Shown here: piece after piece, positions 1 to 12,200 of the stretch
How positions within the stretch are numbered: position 1 is the stretch's first letter
Layout of the letters: each line of letters starts with the position of its first letter
Assembly (NCBI GenBank): GCA_964016885.1
Contig: OZ024740.1
Location: forward strand, 30,752,001-30,816,000
DNA length: 64,000 nt
Reading direction: 5' to 3'
Source: Eledone cirrhosa
Lineage: Eukaryota
Position numbers and translations under genes: made by a program
The notes under the pieces: generated by a model
What the model was told of the DNA's origin: nothing
Databases searched by the model: none
The model's input: only the letters and a program-made list of their open reading frames with translations

Positions 1-3000
1 TGTAGTGTAGTGTGGTGTAGTGTGGTGCAGTGTAGTGTGGTGTGGTGTGGTGTGGTGTAGTGTGGTGTAGTGTGGTGTAGTGTGGTGCGGTGTAGTGTGG
101 TGTGGTGTGGTGTGGTGTTGTGTAGTGTGGTGTGGTGTGGTGTGGTGTGGTATAGGGTAGTGTAGTGAGATGTATAGTGGTGTAGTGTGGTTTATTGTGG
201 TGTAGTGTGGTGTAGTGTGGTAAGGTGTAGTGTAGTGCGTGTGGTGTACTGTAGTGAAGTGTAGTGTGGTGTAGTGTGGTGTAGTGTTGTGTGGTGTAGT
301 GTAATGTGGTGTGGTGTGGTGAGGTGTGGTGTCATGTGGTGTAGTGTGGTGTAGCGTGATGTGGTGTGGTGTAGTGTGGTGTGGTGTAGTGTAGTGTGGT
401 GTAGTGTAGTGAGGTGTAGTGTGGTGTACTGTTGTGTAGTGTGGTGTGGTGTAGCGTGATGTGGTGTGATGTGTAGTGTGTTGTGGTGTGGTGTAGTGTG
501 GTGTGGTGTGGTCTTGTGTAGTGTGGTCTGGTGTAGTGTAGTGTGGTGTGATGTAATGTGGTGTGGTGTAATGTGGTGTGGTGTGGTGTAATGTGGTGTG
601 GTGTAGTGTAGTGTGGTGTACTGTAGTGTAGTGTGGTATAGTATGATTTGGTGTGGTGTAGTGTAGTGTGGTGTAGTGTGGTGTAGTGTGGTGTGGTGTA
701 GTGTAGTGTGGTGTGGTGCGGTGTGGTGTAGTCTGGTGTGGTGTAGTCTGGTGTGGTTTAGTGTGGTTTAGTGTGGTGTAGTGTAGTGTGGTGTGGTGTA
801 ATGTGGTGTAGTGTTGTGTGGTGTAGTGTAATGTGGTGTGGTGTGTTGTGGTGAGGTGTGGTGTAATGTGGTGTAGTGTGGTGTAGCGTGATGTGGTGTG
901 GTGTAGTGTGGTGTGGTGTAGTGTAGTGTAGTGTGGTGTAGTGTAGTGAGGTGTAGAGTGGTGTAGTGTAGTGAAGTGTAATGTGGTGTACTGTTGTGTA
1001 GTGTTGTGTGGTGTGGTGTAGCGTGATGTGGTGTGGTGCGGTGTGGTGTGTTGTGGTGTAGTCTGGTGTGGTGTAATGTGGTGTAGTGTGGTTTTGTGTG
1101 GTGCAGTGTGGTGTGGTGTGGTGTGGTGTGGTGTAGTGTGGTGTACTGTTGTGTAATGTGGTGTGGTGTAATGTGGTGTGGTGTAGTGTGGTGTAGTGTA
1201 GTGTGGTGTAGTGTGGTGCAGTGTAGTGTAGTGTGGTGTGTTGTGGTGTGGTGTGGTGTGGTGTGGTGTGGTGTAGTGTGGTTTAGTGTGGTGTAGTGTG
1301 GTGTACTGTTGTATGATTTGGTGTAGTGTAGTGTGGTGTAGTGTGGTGTAGTGTGGTGTGGTGTAGTGTAGTGTGGTGTGGTGTAGTCTGGTGTGGTGTG
1401 GTGTAGTCTGGTGTGGTGTAATGTACTGTTGTGTAATGTGGTGTGGTGTGGTGTAATGTGGTGTGGTGTAATGTGGTGTGGTGTAGTGTGGTGTAGTGTA
1501 GTGTGGTGTACTTTAGTGTAGTTTGGTGTATTGTGGTGCAGTGTAGTGTAGTGTAGTGTAGTGTGGTGTGTTGTGGTGTGGTGTGGTGTAGTGTGGTGTA
1601 GTGTGGTGTGGTATCGTGTGGTGTTGTTTAGTGTGGTGTGATGTAGTGTGGTGTATTGTAGTGTGATGTGGTGTGGTGTAGTGTGGTGTGGTTTGGTGTG
1701 GCATAGTGTGGTGTGGTGTGGTGTGGTATAGTGTAGTGTAGTAAAGTGTATAGTGGTGTAGTGTGGTTTAGTGTGGTGTAGTGCGGTGTAGTGTGGTATG
1801 GTGTAGTGTAGTGTAGTGTGGTGTACTGTAGTGAAGTGTAGTGTGGTGTAGTGTATTGTAGTGTAGTGTAGTGTGGTGTAGTGTGGTGTAGTGTAATGTG
1901 GTGTGGTGTGGTTTGGTGTGGTGAGGTATAGTGTAGTGTGGTGTAGTGTAGTGAGGTGTAGTGTAGTGTGGTGTAGTGAGGTGTAGTGTGGTGTAGTGTA
2001 ACAGTAGTGTGGTGTGGTCTAGTCTGGTGTGGTGTATTGTGGTGTAGTGTAGTGTGGTGTACTGTAGTGTAGTGTGGTATAGTATGATTTTTTGTAGTGT
2101 AGTGTGGTGTAGTGTGGTGTAGTGTGGTGTGGTGTAGTGTAGTGTGGTGTGGTGCGGTGTGGTGTGGTGTAATGTGGTGTAGTGTGGTTTAGTGTGGTGT
2201 ATTGTAGTGTGGTGTGGTGTAGTGTGGTGTAGTGTGGTGTACTGTTGTGTAATGTGGTGTGGTGTAATGTGGTGTGGTGTGGTGTAGTGTGGTGTCGTGT
2301 AGTGTGGTGTAGTGTGGTGCAGTGTAGTGTAGTGTGGTGTGTTGTGGTGTGGTGTGATGTGGTGTGGTGTGATGTGTAGTGTAGTGTTGTTTAGTGTGGT
2401 GTGGTCTGGTGTAGTGTAGTGTGGTGTAGTGTTGTGTGGTTTAATGTGGTGGGGTGCAATGTGGTGTGGTGTAATGTGGTGTGGTGTGGTGTAGTGTGGT
2501 GTAGTGTAGTGTGGTGTACTGTAGTGTAGTGTGGTATAGTATGATTTGGTGTGGTGTAGTGTAGTGTGGTGTAGTGTGGTGTAGTGTGGTGTGGTGTAGT
2601 GTAGTGCGGTGTGGTGTGGTGTAGTCTGGTGTGGTGTAATGTGGTGTAGTGTGGTTAGTGGGGTGTAGTGTAGTGTGGTGTGGTGTAGTGTGGTGTAGTG
2701 TGGTGTATTGTTGTGTAATGTGGTGTGGTGTAATGTGGTGTGGTGTGGTGTGGTGTAGTGTGGTATAGTGTGGTGCAGTGTAGTGTGGTGTGGTGTGGTG
2801 TGGTGTGGTGTAGTGTGGTGTGGTGTGGTGTGGTGTGGTGTGGTGTGGTGTAGTGTGGTGTACTGTGGTGTACTGTGGTGTGGTTTAGTGTGGTGCGGTG
2901 TAGTGTGGTGTGTTGTAGTGTGATGTGGTGTGGGGCTGTGTGTTGCAGTGTGATATAGTGTGGGGCTGTGTGGTGTAGTCTGGTGTGGTGTGGTATGGTG

Positions 3001-4544
3001 TGGCATAGTGTGGTGTAGTGTGGTGTGGTGTGGTGTGGTGTTGTGTACTGTGGTGTGGTGTAGTGTGGTATAGGGTAGTGTAGTGAGGTGTATAGTGGTG
3101 TAGTGTGGTTTAGTGTGGTGTAGTGTGGTATGGTGTAGTGTAGTGTGTGTGGTGTACTGTAGTGAAGTGTAGTGTGGTGTAGTGTGGTGTAGTGTTGTGT
3201 GGTGTAGTGTAATGTGGTGTGGTGTGGTGTGGTGTGGTGATGTGTGGTGTCATGTGGTGTAGCGTGATGTGGTGTGGTGTAGTGTGGTGTGGTGTAGTGT
3301 AGTGTAGTGTAGTGAGGTGTAGTGTGGTGTAGTGTAGTGAGGTGTAGTGTGGTGTAGTGTAGTGAGGTGTAGTGTGGTGTGGTGTGGTGTGATGTGGTGT
3401 GATGTGTAGTGTGTTGTGGTGTGGTGTAGTGTGGTGTGGTGTGGTCTGGTGTAGTGTGGTCTGGTGTAGTTTAGTGTGGTGTGGTGTAATCTGGTGTGGT
3501 GTAATGTGGTGTGGTGTAGTGTAGTGTGGTGTACTGTAGTGTAGTGTGGTATAGTATGATTTGGTGTAGTGTAGTGTGGTGTAGTGTGGTGTAGTGTGGT
3601 GTGGTGTAGTGTAGTGTGGTGTGGTGCGGTGTGGTGTAGTCTGGTGTGGTGTAGTCTGGTGTGGTGTAGTGTGGTTTAGTGTGGTGTAGTGTAGTGTGGT
3701 GTAGTGTAGTGTGGTGTGGTGTAGTGTGGTGTAGTGTTGTGTGGTGTAGTGTAATGTGGTGTAGTGTGGTGTGCTGTGGTGTAGTGTAGTGTGGTGTGGT
3801 GCGGTGTGGTGTAGTCTGGTGTGGTGTAGTGTGGTTTAGTGTGGTGTAGTGTAGTGTGGTGTAGTGTAGTGTGGTGTAGTGTGGTGTAGTGTTGTGTGGT
3901 GTAGTGTAGTGTGGTGTGGTGTGGTGTAGTGTGGTGTAGTGTGGTATACTGTTGTGTAATGTGGTGTGGTGTAATGTGGTGTGGTGTAGTGTGGTGTAGT
4001 GTAGTGTGGTGTAGTGTGGTGCAGTGTAGTGTAGTGTGGTGTGTTGTGGTGTGGTGTCGTGTGGTTTGGTGTGGTGTGGTGTAGTGTGGTTTAGTGTGGT
4101 GTAGTGTGGTGTACTGTTGTATGATTTGGTGTAGTGTAGTGTGGTGTAGTGTGGTGTAGTGTGGTGTGGTGTAGTGTAGTGTGGTGTGGTGTGGTGTAGT
4201 CTGGTGTGGTGTGGTGTAGTCTGGTGTGGTGTAATGTGGTGTAGTGTGGTTTAGCGTAGTGTGGTGTGGTGTGGTGTGGTGTAGTGTGGTGTAGTGTGGT
4301 GTACTGTTGTGTAATGTGGTGTGGTGTGGTGTAATGTGGTGTGGTGTAATGTGGTGTGGTGTAATGTGGTGTGGTGTAGTGTGGTGTAGTGTAGTGTGGT
4401 GTACTTTAGTGTAGTATGGTGTATTGTGGTGCAGTGTAGTGTAGTGTAGTGTGGTGTGTTGTGGTGTTGTGTGGTGTAGTGTGGTGTAGTGTGGTGTGGT
4501 GTAGTGTGGTGTGGTTTGGTGTGGCATAGTGTGTTGTGGTGTGG
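1..4544. repeat. Pentanucleotide satellite (TGTGG/TGTAG)n, block 1
   Basis: Continuous 5-bp period mixing GTGTG and GTGTA units, with recurrent variant words (gtatgattt, gtactgttgt, agcgtgatg, tggcatag). Confidence 0.98.
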
Positions 4545-5074
4545 CCCTCCTGACGAGCACGAAGTTTTGTATGTTTTGTTGGTGTGATTTTATTTGTTTG
4601 CTTGGCTGTTGTGGTGATTGTTTTGGTGGTGTTGTTTCGGTTGTGTCTGTGTTTGTTTAGCAGTACCAGTGGAGAAATTTGATGATTGTGGTAGGGGAAT
4701 AGTAACCAGAAATTGTGTTTTTTTAAATATTTTTAACATTCTTTTTCTATATAGATTTACTCCATATAGATTTACTTATTGTTTCGACTTCCTCCCCCTC
4801 CCCCTCTTCACCTCTTATCCTTAGGATTCTGCTGTAGTTGTCACTTTCAACGCACGACTGGGTTTCCTCCACTCCCTCTCCCTCTTTATTCTACTGCCAA
4901 GTTCAGCCACCCTCTCCTTCCACAAAATGCCATGATAGAATTATGTGTCTCAACAACAAACTTTTGACCAATCTTGTGACAATCAATTTTACCATATATG
5001 GAATTACCCCGTGAGAAACTCGGTTATTCATTTACCAGGATAAAAAATTTTCATTTAGTCCAGAATTAGCCGTC

Positions 5075-5103
5075 GAAACGGCTTGAGCTCAGCCGTCGGG
5101 TCC
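5075..5103 (+). ncRNA. 3' half of a hammerhead ribozyme (truncated)
   Basis: GAAA-CGGCT-tgagctc-AGCCG-TC gives a 6-bp stem III and a GUC site. No CUGANGA box upstream. Confidence 0.45.
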
Positions 5104-5119
5104 TACTCGTTCATATTAC

Positions 5120-5351
5120 TCACTCTACTACCCTAAGTATTGAGTACTTTGGTGCGTTATGGTCCATCTGGTTGCTTACCACATTTCCTTCATTATATAT
5201 ATATTTATCTTTATCGAGCCCTCTTTGGATTTTAGTTTTCAAATTTATTATATTACTAAATATATATACTCCTATTACCCACTCTACTACCCTAAGTATT
5301 GTGTACTTTGGTGCGTTATGGTCTACCTGGTTCCTTACCACTTTTCCTTCG

Positions 5352-5360
<9 letters not shown>
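5120..5360 (+). repeat. Duplicated ~80-bp segment ending in (TA)n, probably retroelement 3' ends
   Basis: cactctactaccctaagtattg...ttccttc occurs at ~5121 and ~5280. 5196-5240 also matches 30232-30272. Confidence 0.7.
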
Positions 5361-5392
<32 letters not shown>

Positions 5393-5507
5393 TTAAATTA
5401 TTGGGATACAACAAGCAAATATTTTTATAACTGATATAAAGCACTCAACAAATTATTGGAGTAAAAACACTATCCGGGAGCTTCCAACAGAAATGGTCGC
5501 ATTCTTT

Positions 5508-5640
5508 AAGGGTATGTCAATATTTATTTATAAAACTGATCTATATTATATTTTATCTCATGAAAGCGCACCATAATTTGACTTGGTGTATAATGAAATA
5601 AATATGGTTTTATAAATATAGTTTCCATTTGTTAATATAT
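5508..5640 (+). mobile_element. Penelope-like pLTR fragment with degenerate hammerhead (CTCATGA)
   Basis: Homologous to 58081-58210 (gggtatgtca...tattttat-CT[C/G]ATGA-hairpin-GAAA...aaatatggttt...ccattt). Core G changed to C and stem III/I' deleted. Confidence 0.6.
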
Positions 5641-5652
5641 CGTATATACATC

Positions 5653-6186
<534 letters not shown>

Positions 6187-6208
6187 GATACATTGTAGGT
6201 TGCTTTAA

Positions 6209-9200
6209 GTGTTGTGTAGTGTAGTGTGGTGTGGTATAGTGTAGTGTAGTGAAGTGTATAGTAGTGTGGTATGGTGTAGTGTAGTGTGGTGTAGTGTAGT
6301 GTGGTTTACTGTGGTGTAGTGTAATGTGGTGTGGTGTGGTGTGGTGTGGTGTGGTGTGGTGTAGTGTACTGTTGTGTAGTGTGGTGTGATGTGGTGTGAT
6401 GTGTAGTGTGGTGTTGTTTAGTGTGGTGTGGTCTGATGTAGTGTAGTGTGGTGTGGTGTGGTGTAATGTGGAGTGGTGTAGTGTAGTGTGGTGTAGTGTA
6501 GTGTACTGTAGTGTAGTGTGTTGTAGTGTGATGTGGTGTAGTGTAGTGTGGTGTAGTATGGTGTAGTGTGGTGTACTGTTGTGTAGTGTGGTGTGGTGTG
6601 GTGTAGCGTTATGTGGTGTGATGTGTTGCGGTGTGGTGTAGTGTGGTGTGGTCTGGTGTAGTGTAGTGTGGTCTGGGGTAGTGTGGTGTGGTGTGGTGTA
6701 GTGTAGTGTGGTATAGTGTAGTGTAGTGTGGTGTGGTGTAGTCTGGTGTGGTGTATTGTGGTGTAGTGTGGTGTGGTGTAATGTGGTGGGGTGCAATGTG
6801 GTGTGGTGTGGTGTAATGTGGTGTGGTGTGGTGTAGTGTAGTGTGGTGTACTGTAGTGTAGTGTGGTATAGTATGATTTGGTGTGGTGTGGTGTAGTGTG
6901 GTGTAGTGTGCTCTGGTGTAGTGTAGTGTGGTGTGGTGCGGTGTGGTGTGGTGTAGTCTGGTGTGGTGTAATGTGGTGTAGTGTGGTTTAGTGTGGTGTA
7001 GTGTAGTGTGGTGTGGTGTAGTGTGGTGTAGTGTGGTGTACTGTTGTGTAATGTGGTGTGGTGTAATGTGGTGTGGTGTGGTGTAGTGTGGTGTAGTGTA
7101 GTGTGGTGTAGTGTGGTGCAGTGTAGTGTAGTGTGGTGTGGTGTGGTGTGGTGTGGTGTGGTGTGGTGTGGTGTGGTGTGGTGTGGTGTGGCGTGGTGTA
7201 GTGTGGCGTAGTGTGGTGTACTGTGGTGTGGTGCGGTGTAGTGTTGTGTGTTGTAGTGTGATGTGGTGTGGGGCTGTTTGGTGTAGTGTGGTGTGGTGTG
7301 GTATGGTGTGGCATAGTGTGGTGTAGTGTGGTGTGGTGTGGTGTGGTGTTGTGTAGTGTGGTGTGGTGTGGTGTGGTATAGTGTAGTGTAGTGAGGTGTA
7401 TAGTGATGTAGTGTGGTGTAGTGTGGTATGGTGTAGTGTAGTGTGTGTGGTGTACTGCAGTGAAGTGTAGTGTGGTGTAGTGTGGTGTAGTGTGGTGTAG
7501 TGTAAAGTGGTGTGGTGTGGTGTGGTGAGGTATAGTGTAATGTGGTGTAGTGTGGTGTAGCGTGATGTGGTGTGGTGTAGTGTGGTGTAGTGTAGTGAGG
7601 TGTAGTGTGGTGTAGTGTAGTGAGGTGTAGTGTGGTGTAGCGTGATGTGGTGTGATGTGTAGTGTGTTGTGGTGTGGTGTAGTGTGGTGTGGTGTGGTCT
7701 GGTGTAGTGTAGTGTGGTCTGGTGTAGTGTAGTGTGGTGTGGTGTAATGTGGTGTGGTGTAATGTGGTGTAATGTGGTGTGGTGTAGTGTAGTGTGGTTT
7801 ACTGTAGTGTAGTGTGGTGTGGTGTAGCGTGATGTGGTGTAGTGTAGTGTGGTGTAGTGTAGTGTAGTGTTGTGTGGTGTAGTGCAGTGTAGTGTGGTCC
7901 GGTGTGGTGTGGTGTGGTGTAGTCTGGTGTGGTGTAATGTGGTGTAGTGTGGTTTAGTGTAGTGTAGTGTGGTGTGGTGTGGTGTAGTGTGGTGTACTGT
8001 TGTGTAATGTGGTGTGGTGTGGTGTAATGTGGTGTGTTGTAATGTGGTGTGGTGTAGTGTAGTGTGGTGTACTGTAGTGTAGTGTAGTGTATTGTGGTGC
8101 AGTGTAGTGTGGTGTGTTGTGGTGTGGTGTGGTGTCGTGTGGTGTGGTGTGGTGTAGTGTGGTGTAGTGTGGTGTAGTGTAGTGTGGTGTGGTGTGGTGT
8201 GGTGTAGTGTGGTGTAGTTTGGTGTGGTATCGTGTGGAGTGGTTTAGTGTGGTGGGGTGTAGTGTGTTGTGTTGTAGTGTGGTGTGGTGTGATGTGGTGT
8301 GGTTTGGTGTGGTGTGGTGTAGTGTGGTGTAGTTTAGTGTGGTGTGATGTGGTGTGGTGTAGTGTGGTGTAGTTTGGTGTGGTATCGTGTGGTGTGGTTT
8401 AGTGTGGTGTGGTGTAGTGTGTTGTGTTGTAGTGTGGTGTGGGGCTGTGTGATGTGCTGTGGTGTGGTGTTGTGTTGTGTTGTGTAGTGTAGTGTGGTGT
8501 GGTATAGTCTAGTGTAGTGAAGTGTATAGTAGTTTGGTATGGTGTATTGTAGTGTGGTGTGGTGTACTGTAGTGAAGTGTAGTGTTGTGTAGTGTAGTAT
8601 GGTGTGGTGTACTGTAGTGTAGTGTGGTGTAGTGTGGTGTAGTGTAGTGTGGTGTACTGTGGTGTAGTGTAATGTGGTGTGGTGTGGTGTAGTGTGGTGT
8701 AGTGTAGTGTGGTGTAGTGTAGTGAGGTGTGGTGTGGTGTGGTATGGTGGGGTGTAGTGTAGTGTGGTGTAGTGTAGTGTAGTGTGGTTTAATGTGGTGT
8801 ATTGTTGTGTAGTGTGGTGTGGTGTGATGTGTAGTGTAGTGTGGTGTTGTTTAGTGTGGTGTGGTCTTGTGTGGTATGGTGTGGTGTGGTGTAATGTGGT
8901 GTGGTGTGGTGTAGTGTGGTGTAGTGCAGTGTGGTGTACTGTAGTGTAGTGTGGTGTAGTGTGATGTGGTGTGGTGTAGTGTGGTGTGGTGTGGTGCGGT
9001 GTAGTGTGGTGTGGTGTGGTCTGATGTGGTGTAATGTGGTGTAGTGTGGTTTTGTGTGGTGTAGTGTGGTGTGATGTGGTGTAGTGTGGTGTAGTGTGGT
9101 GAACTGTTGTGTAATGTGGTGTGGTGTAATGTGGTGTAGTGTAGTGTGGTGTACTGTTGTGTAGTGTGGTGTAGTGTGGTGCAGTGTAGTGAGGTGTGTT

Positions 9201-12200
9201 GTGGAGTGGTGTGGTGTGGTGTGGTGTAGTGTGGTGTAGTGTGGTGTAGTGTGGTGTGGCGTAGTGTGGTGTAGTGTGGAGTAGTGTGGTGTGGTTTAGT
9301 GTGGTGCGGTGTAGTGTGGTGTGTTGTAGTACGGTGTGGTGTGGCGCTGTGTGTTGTAGTGTGATGTGGTGTGGGGAAGTGTGGTGAAGTGTGGTGTGGT
9401 GTGGTGCGGTGTGGTGTGGTGTGATGTAGTGTGGTATGGTGTGGTGTGGTGTTGTGTGGTGTGGTGTGGTGTGGTCTGGTTTGGTGTGGCGTAGCGTAGT
9501 GTAATTTAGTGTGATGTAGTGTGGTGTAGTGTGGTGTGGTGTGGTGTGGTGTGGTATAGTGTAGTGTAGTGAAGTGTATAGTGGTGTAGTGTGGTTTAGT
9601 GTGGTGTAGTGCGGTGTAGTGTGGTATGGTGTATTGTAGTGTAGTGTGGTGTACTGTAGTGAAGTGTAGTGTGGTGTAGTGCAGTGTAGTGTAGTGTGGT
9701 GTAGTGTGGTGTAGTGTAATGTGGTGTGGTGTGGTGTGGTGTGGTGTGGTGTGGTGTGCTTTGGTGTGGTTAGGTATGGTGTAGTGTGGTGTAGTGTAGT
9801 GAGGTGTAGTGTAGTGTGGTGTAGTGAGGTGTGGTGTGGTCTGGTGTAGTGTAGTGTGGTGTAGTTTAACAGTAGTGAGGTGTGGTGTAGTCTGGTGTGG
9901 TGTATTGTGGTGTAGTGTAGTGTGGTGTACTGTAGTGTAGTGTGGTATAGTATGATTTTTTGTAGTGTAGTGTGGTGTGGTGCGGTGTGGTGTGGTGTGG
10001 TGTAGTCTGGAGTGGTGTAATGTGGTGTAGTGTGGTTTAGTGTGGTGTAGTGTAGTGTGGTGTGGTGTCGTGTGGTGTAGTGTGGTGTACTGTTGTGTAA
10101 TGTGGTGTGGTGTAATGTGGTGTGGTGTGGTGTAGTGTGGTGTGATGTGGTGTAATGTGGTGTAGTGTAGTGTGGTGTAGTGTGGTGCAGTGTAGTGTAG
10201 TGTGGTGTGGTGTGGTGTGGTGTGGTGTGATGTGGTGTGATGTGTAGTGTAGTGTTTTTTAGTGTGGTGTGGTCTGGTGTAGTGTAGTGTGGTGTAGTGT
10301 GGTATGGTTTAATGTGGTGGGGTGCAATGTGGTGTGGTGTGGTGTAATGTGGTGTGGTGTGGTGTAGTGTGGTGTAGTGTAGTGTGGTGTACTGTAGTGT
10401 AGTGTGGTATAGTATGATTTGGTGTGGTGCAGTGTAGTGTGGTGTAGTGTGGTGTAGTGTAGTGTAGTGTGGTGTGGTGCGGTGAGGTGTGGTGTCGTGT
10501 AGTCTGGTGTGGTGTAATGTGGTGTAGTGTGGTTTAGTGGTGTGTAGTGTAGCGTGGTGTGGTGTAGTGTGGTGTAGTGTGGTGTACTGTTGTGTAATGT
10601 GGTGTGGTGTAATGTGGTGTGGTGTGGTGTAGTGTAGTGTGGTGTAGTGTGGTGCAGTGTAGTGTGGTGTGTTGTAGTGTGATGTGGTGTGGGGCTGTGT
10701 GTTGTAGTGTGATGTGGTGGGGGGCTGTATGGTGTAGTGTGGTGTGGTGTGGTATGGTGTGGCATAGTGTGGTGTAGTGTGGTGTGGTGTGGTGTTGTGT
10801 AGTGTGGTGTGGTGTAGTGTGGTGTGGTATAGGGTAGTGTAGTGAGGTGTATAGTGGTGTAGTGTGGTTTAGTGTGGTGTAGTGTGGTGTAGTGTGGTAT
10901 GGTGTAGTGTAGTGTGTGTGGTGTACTGTAGTGAAGTGTAGTGTGGTGTAGTGTGGTGTAGTGTTGTGTGGTGTAGTGTAATGTGGTGTGGTGTGGTGAG
11001 GTGTGGTGTCATGTGGTGTAATTTTGTGTAGCGTGATGTGGTGTAGTGTGGTGTGGTGTAGTGTAGTGTGGTGTAGTGTAGTGAGGTGTAGTGTGGTGTA
11101 GTGTAGTGAGGTGTAGTGTGGTGTACTGTTGTATAGTGTGGTGTGGTGTGGTGTAGCGTGATGTGGTGTGATGTGTAGTGTGTTGTGGTGTGGTGTAGTG
11201 TGGTGTGGTGTGGTCTGGTGTAGTGTAGTGTGGTCTGGTGTAGTGTAGTGTGGTGTGGTGTAATGTGGTGTGGTGTAATGTGGTGTGGTGTAGTGTAGTG
11301 TGGTGTACTGTAGTGTAGTGTGGTACAGTATGATTTGGTGTGGTGTAGTGTAGTGTGGTGTAGTGTGGTGTAGTGTGGTGTGGTGTAGTATAGTGTGGTG
11401 TGGTGCGGTGTGGTGTGGTGTGGTGTAGTCTGGTGTGGTGTAATGTGGTGTAGTGTGGTTTAGTGTGGTGTGGTGTAGTGTGGTGTAGTGTTGTGTGGTG
11501 TAGCGTAATGTGGTGTGGTGTGGTGTGGTGTGGTGAGGTGTGGTGTAATGTGGTGTAGTGTGGTGTAGCGTGATGTGGTGTGGTGTAGTGTGGTGTGGTG
11601 TGGTGTAGTGTAGTGTGGTGTAGTCTAGTGAGGTGTAGTGTGGTGTACTGTTGTGTAGTGTGGTGTTGCGTGATGTGGTGTGATGTGTAGTGTGTTGTGG
11701 TGTGGTGTAGTGTGGTGTGGTGTGGTGCGGTGTGGTGTGGTGTGGTGTAGTCTGGTGTGGTGTAATGTGGTGTAGTGTGGTTTTGTGTGGTGTAGTGTGG
11801 TGTGGTGTGGTGTAGTGTGGTGTACTGTTGTGTAATGTGGTGTGGTGTAATGTGGTGTGGTGTAGTGTGGTGTAGTGTAGTGTGGTGTAGTGTGGTGCAG
11901 TGTAGTGTAGTGTGGTGCGTTGTGGTGTGGTGTGGTGTGGTGTGGTGTGGTGTGGTGTAATGTGGTGTGGTGTAGTGTGGTGTAGTGTAGTGTAGTGTGG
12001 TGTAGTGTGGTGCAGTGTAGTGTAGTGTAGTGTGGTGCGTTGTGGTGTGGTGTGGTGTGGTGTGGTGTAGTGTGGTTTACTGTGGTGTGGTTTAGTGTGG
12101 TGCGGTGTAGTGTGGTGTGTTGTAGTGTGATGTGGTGTGGGGCTGTGTGTTGTAGTGTAGTGTGGTGTGGTGTGGTGTAATGTGGTGTGGTGTAATGTGG

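Noticed and set aside
4545-4580. CTGACGA box at the satellite edge
   Set aside because: No GAAA, stem III or stem I partner nearby.
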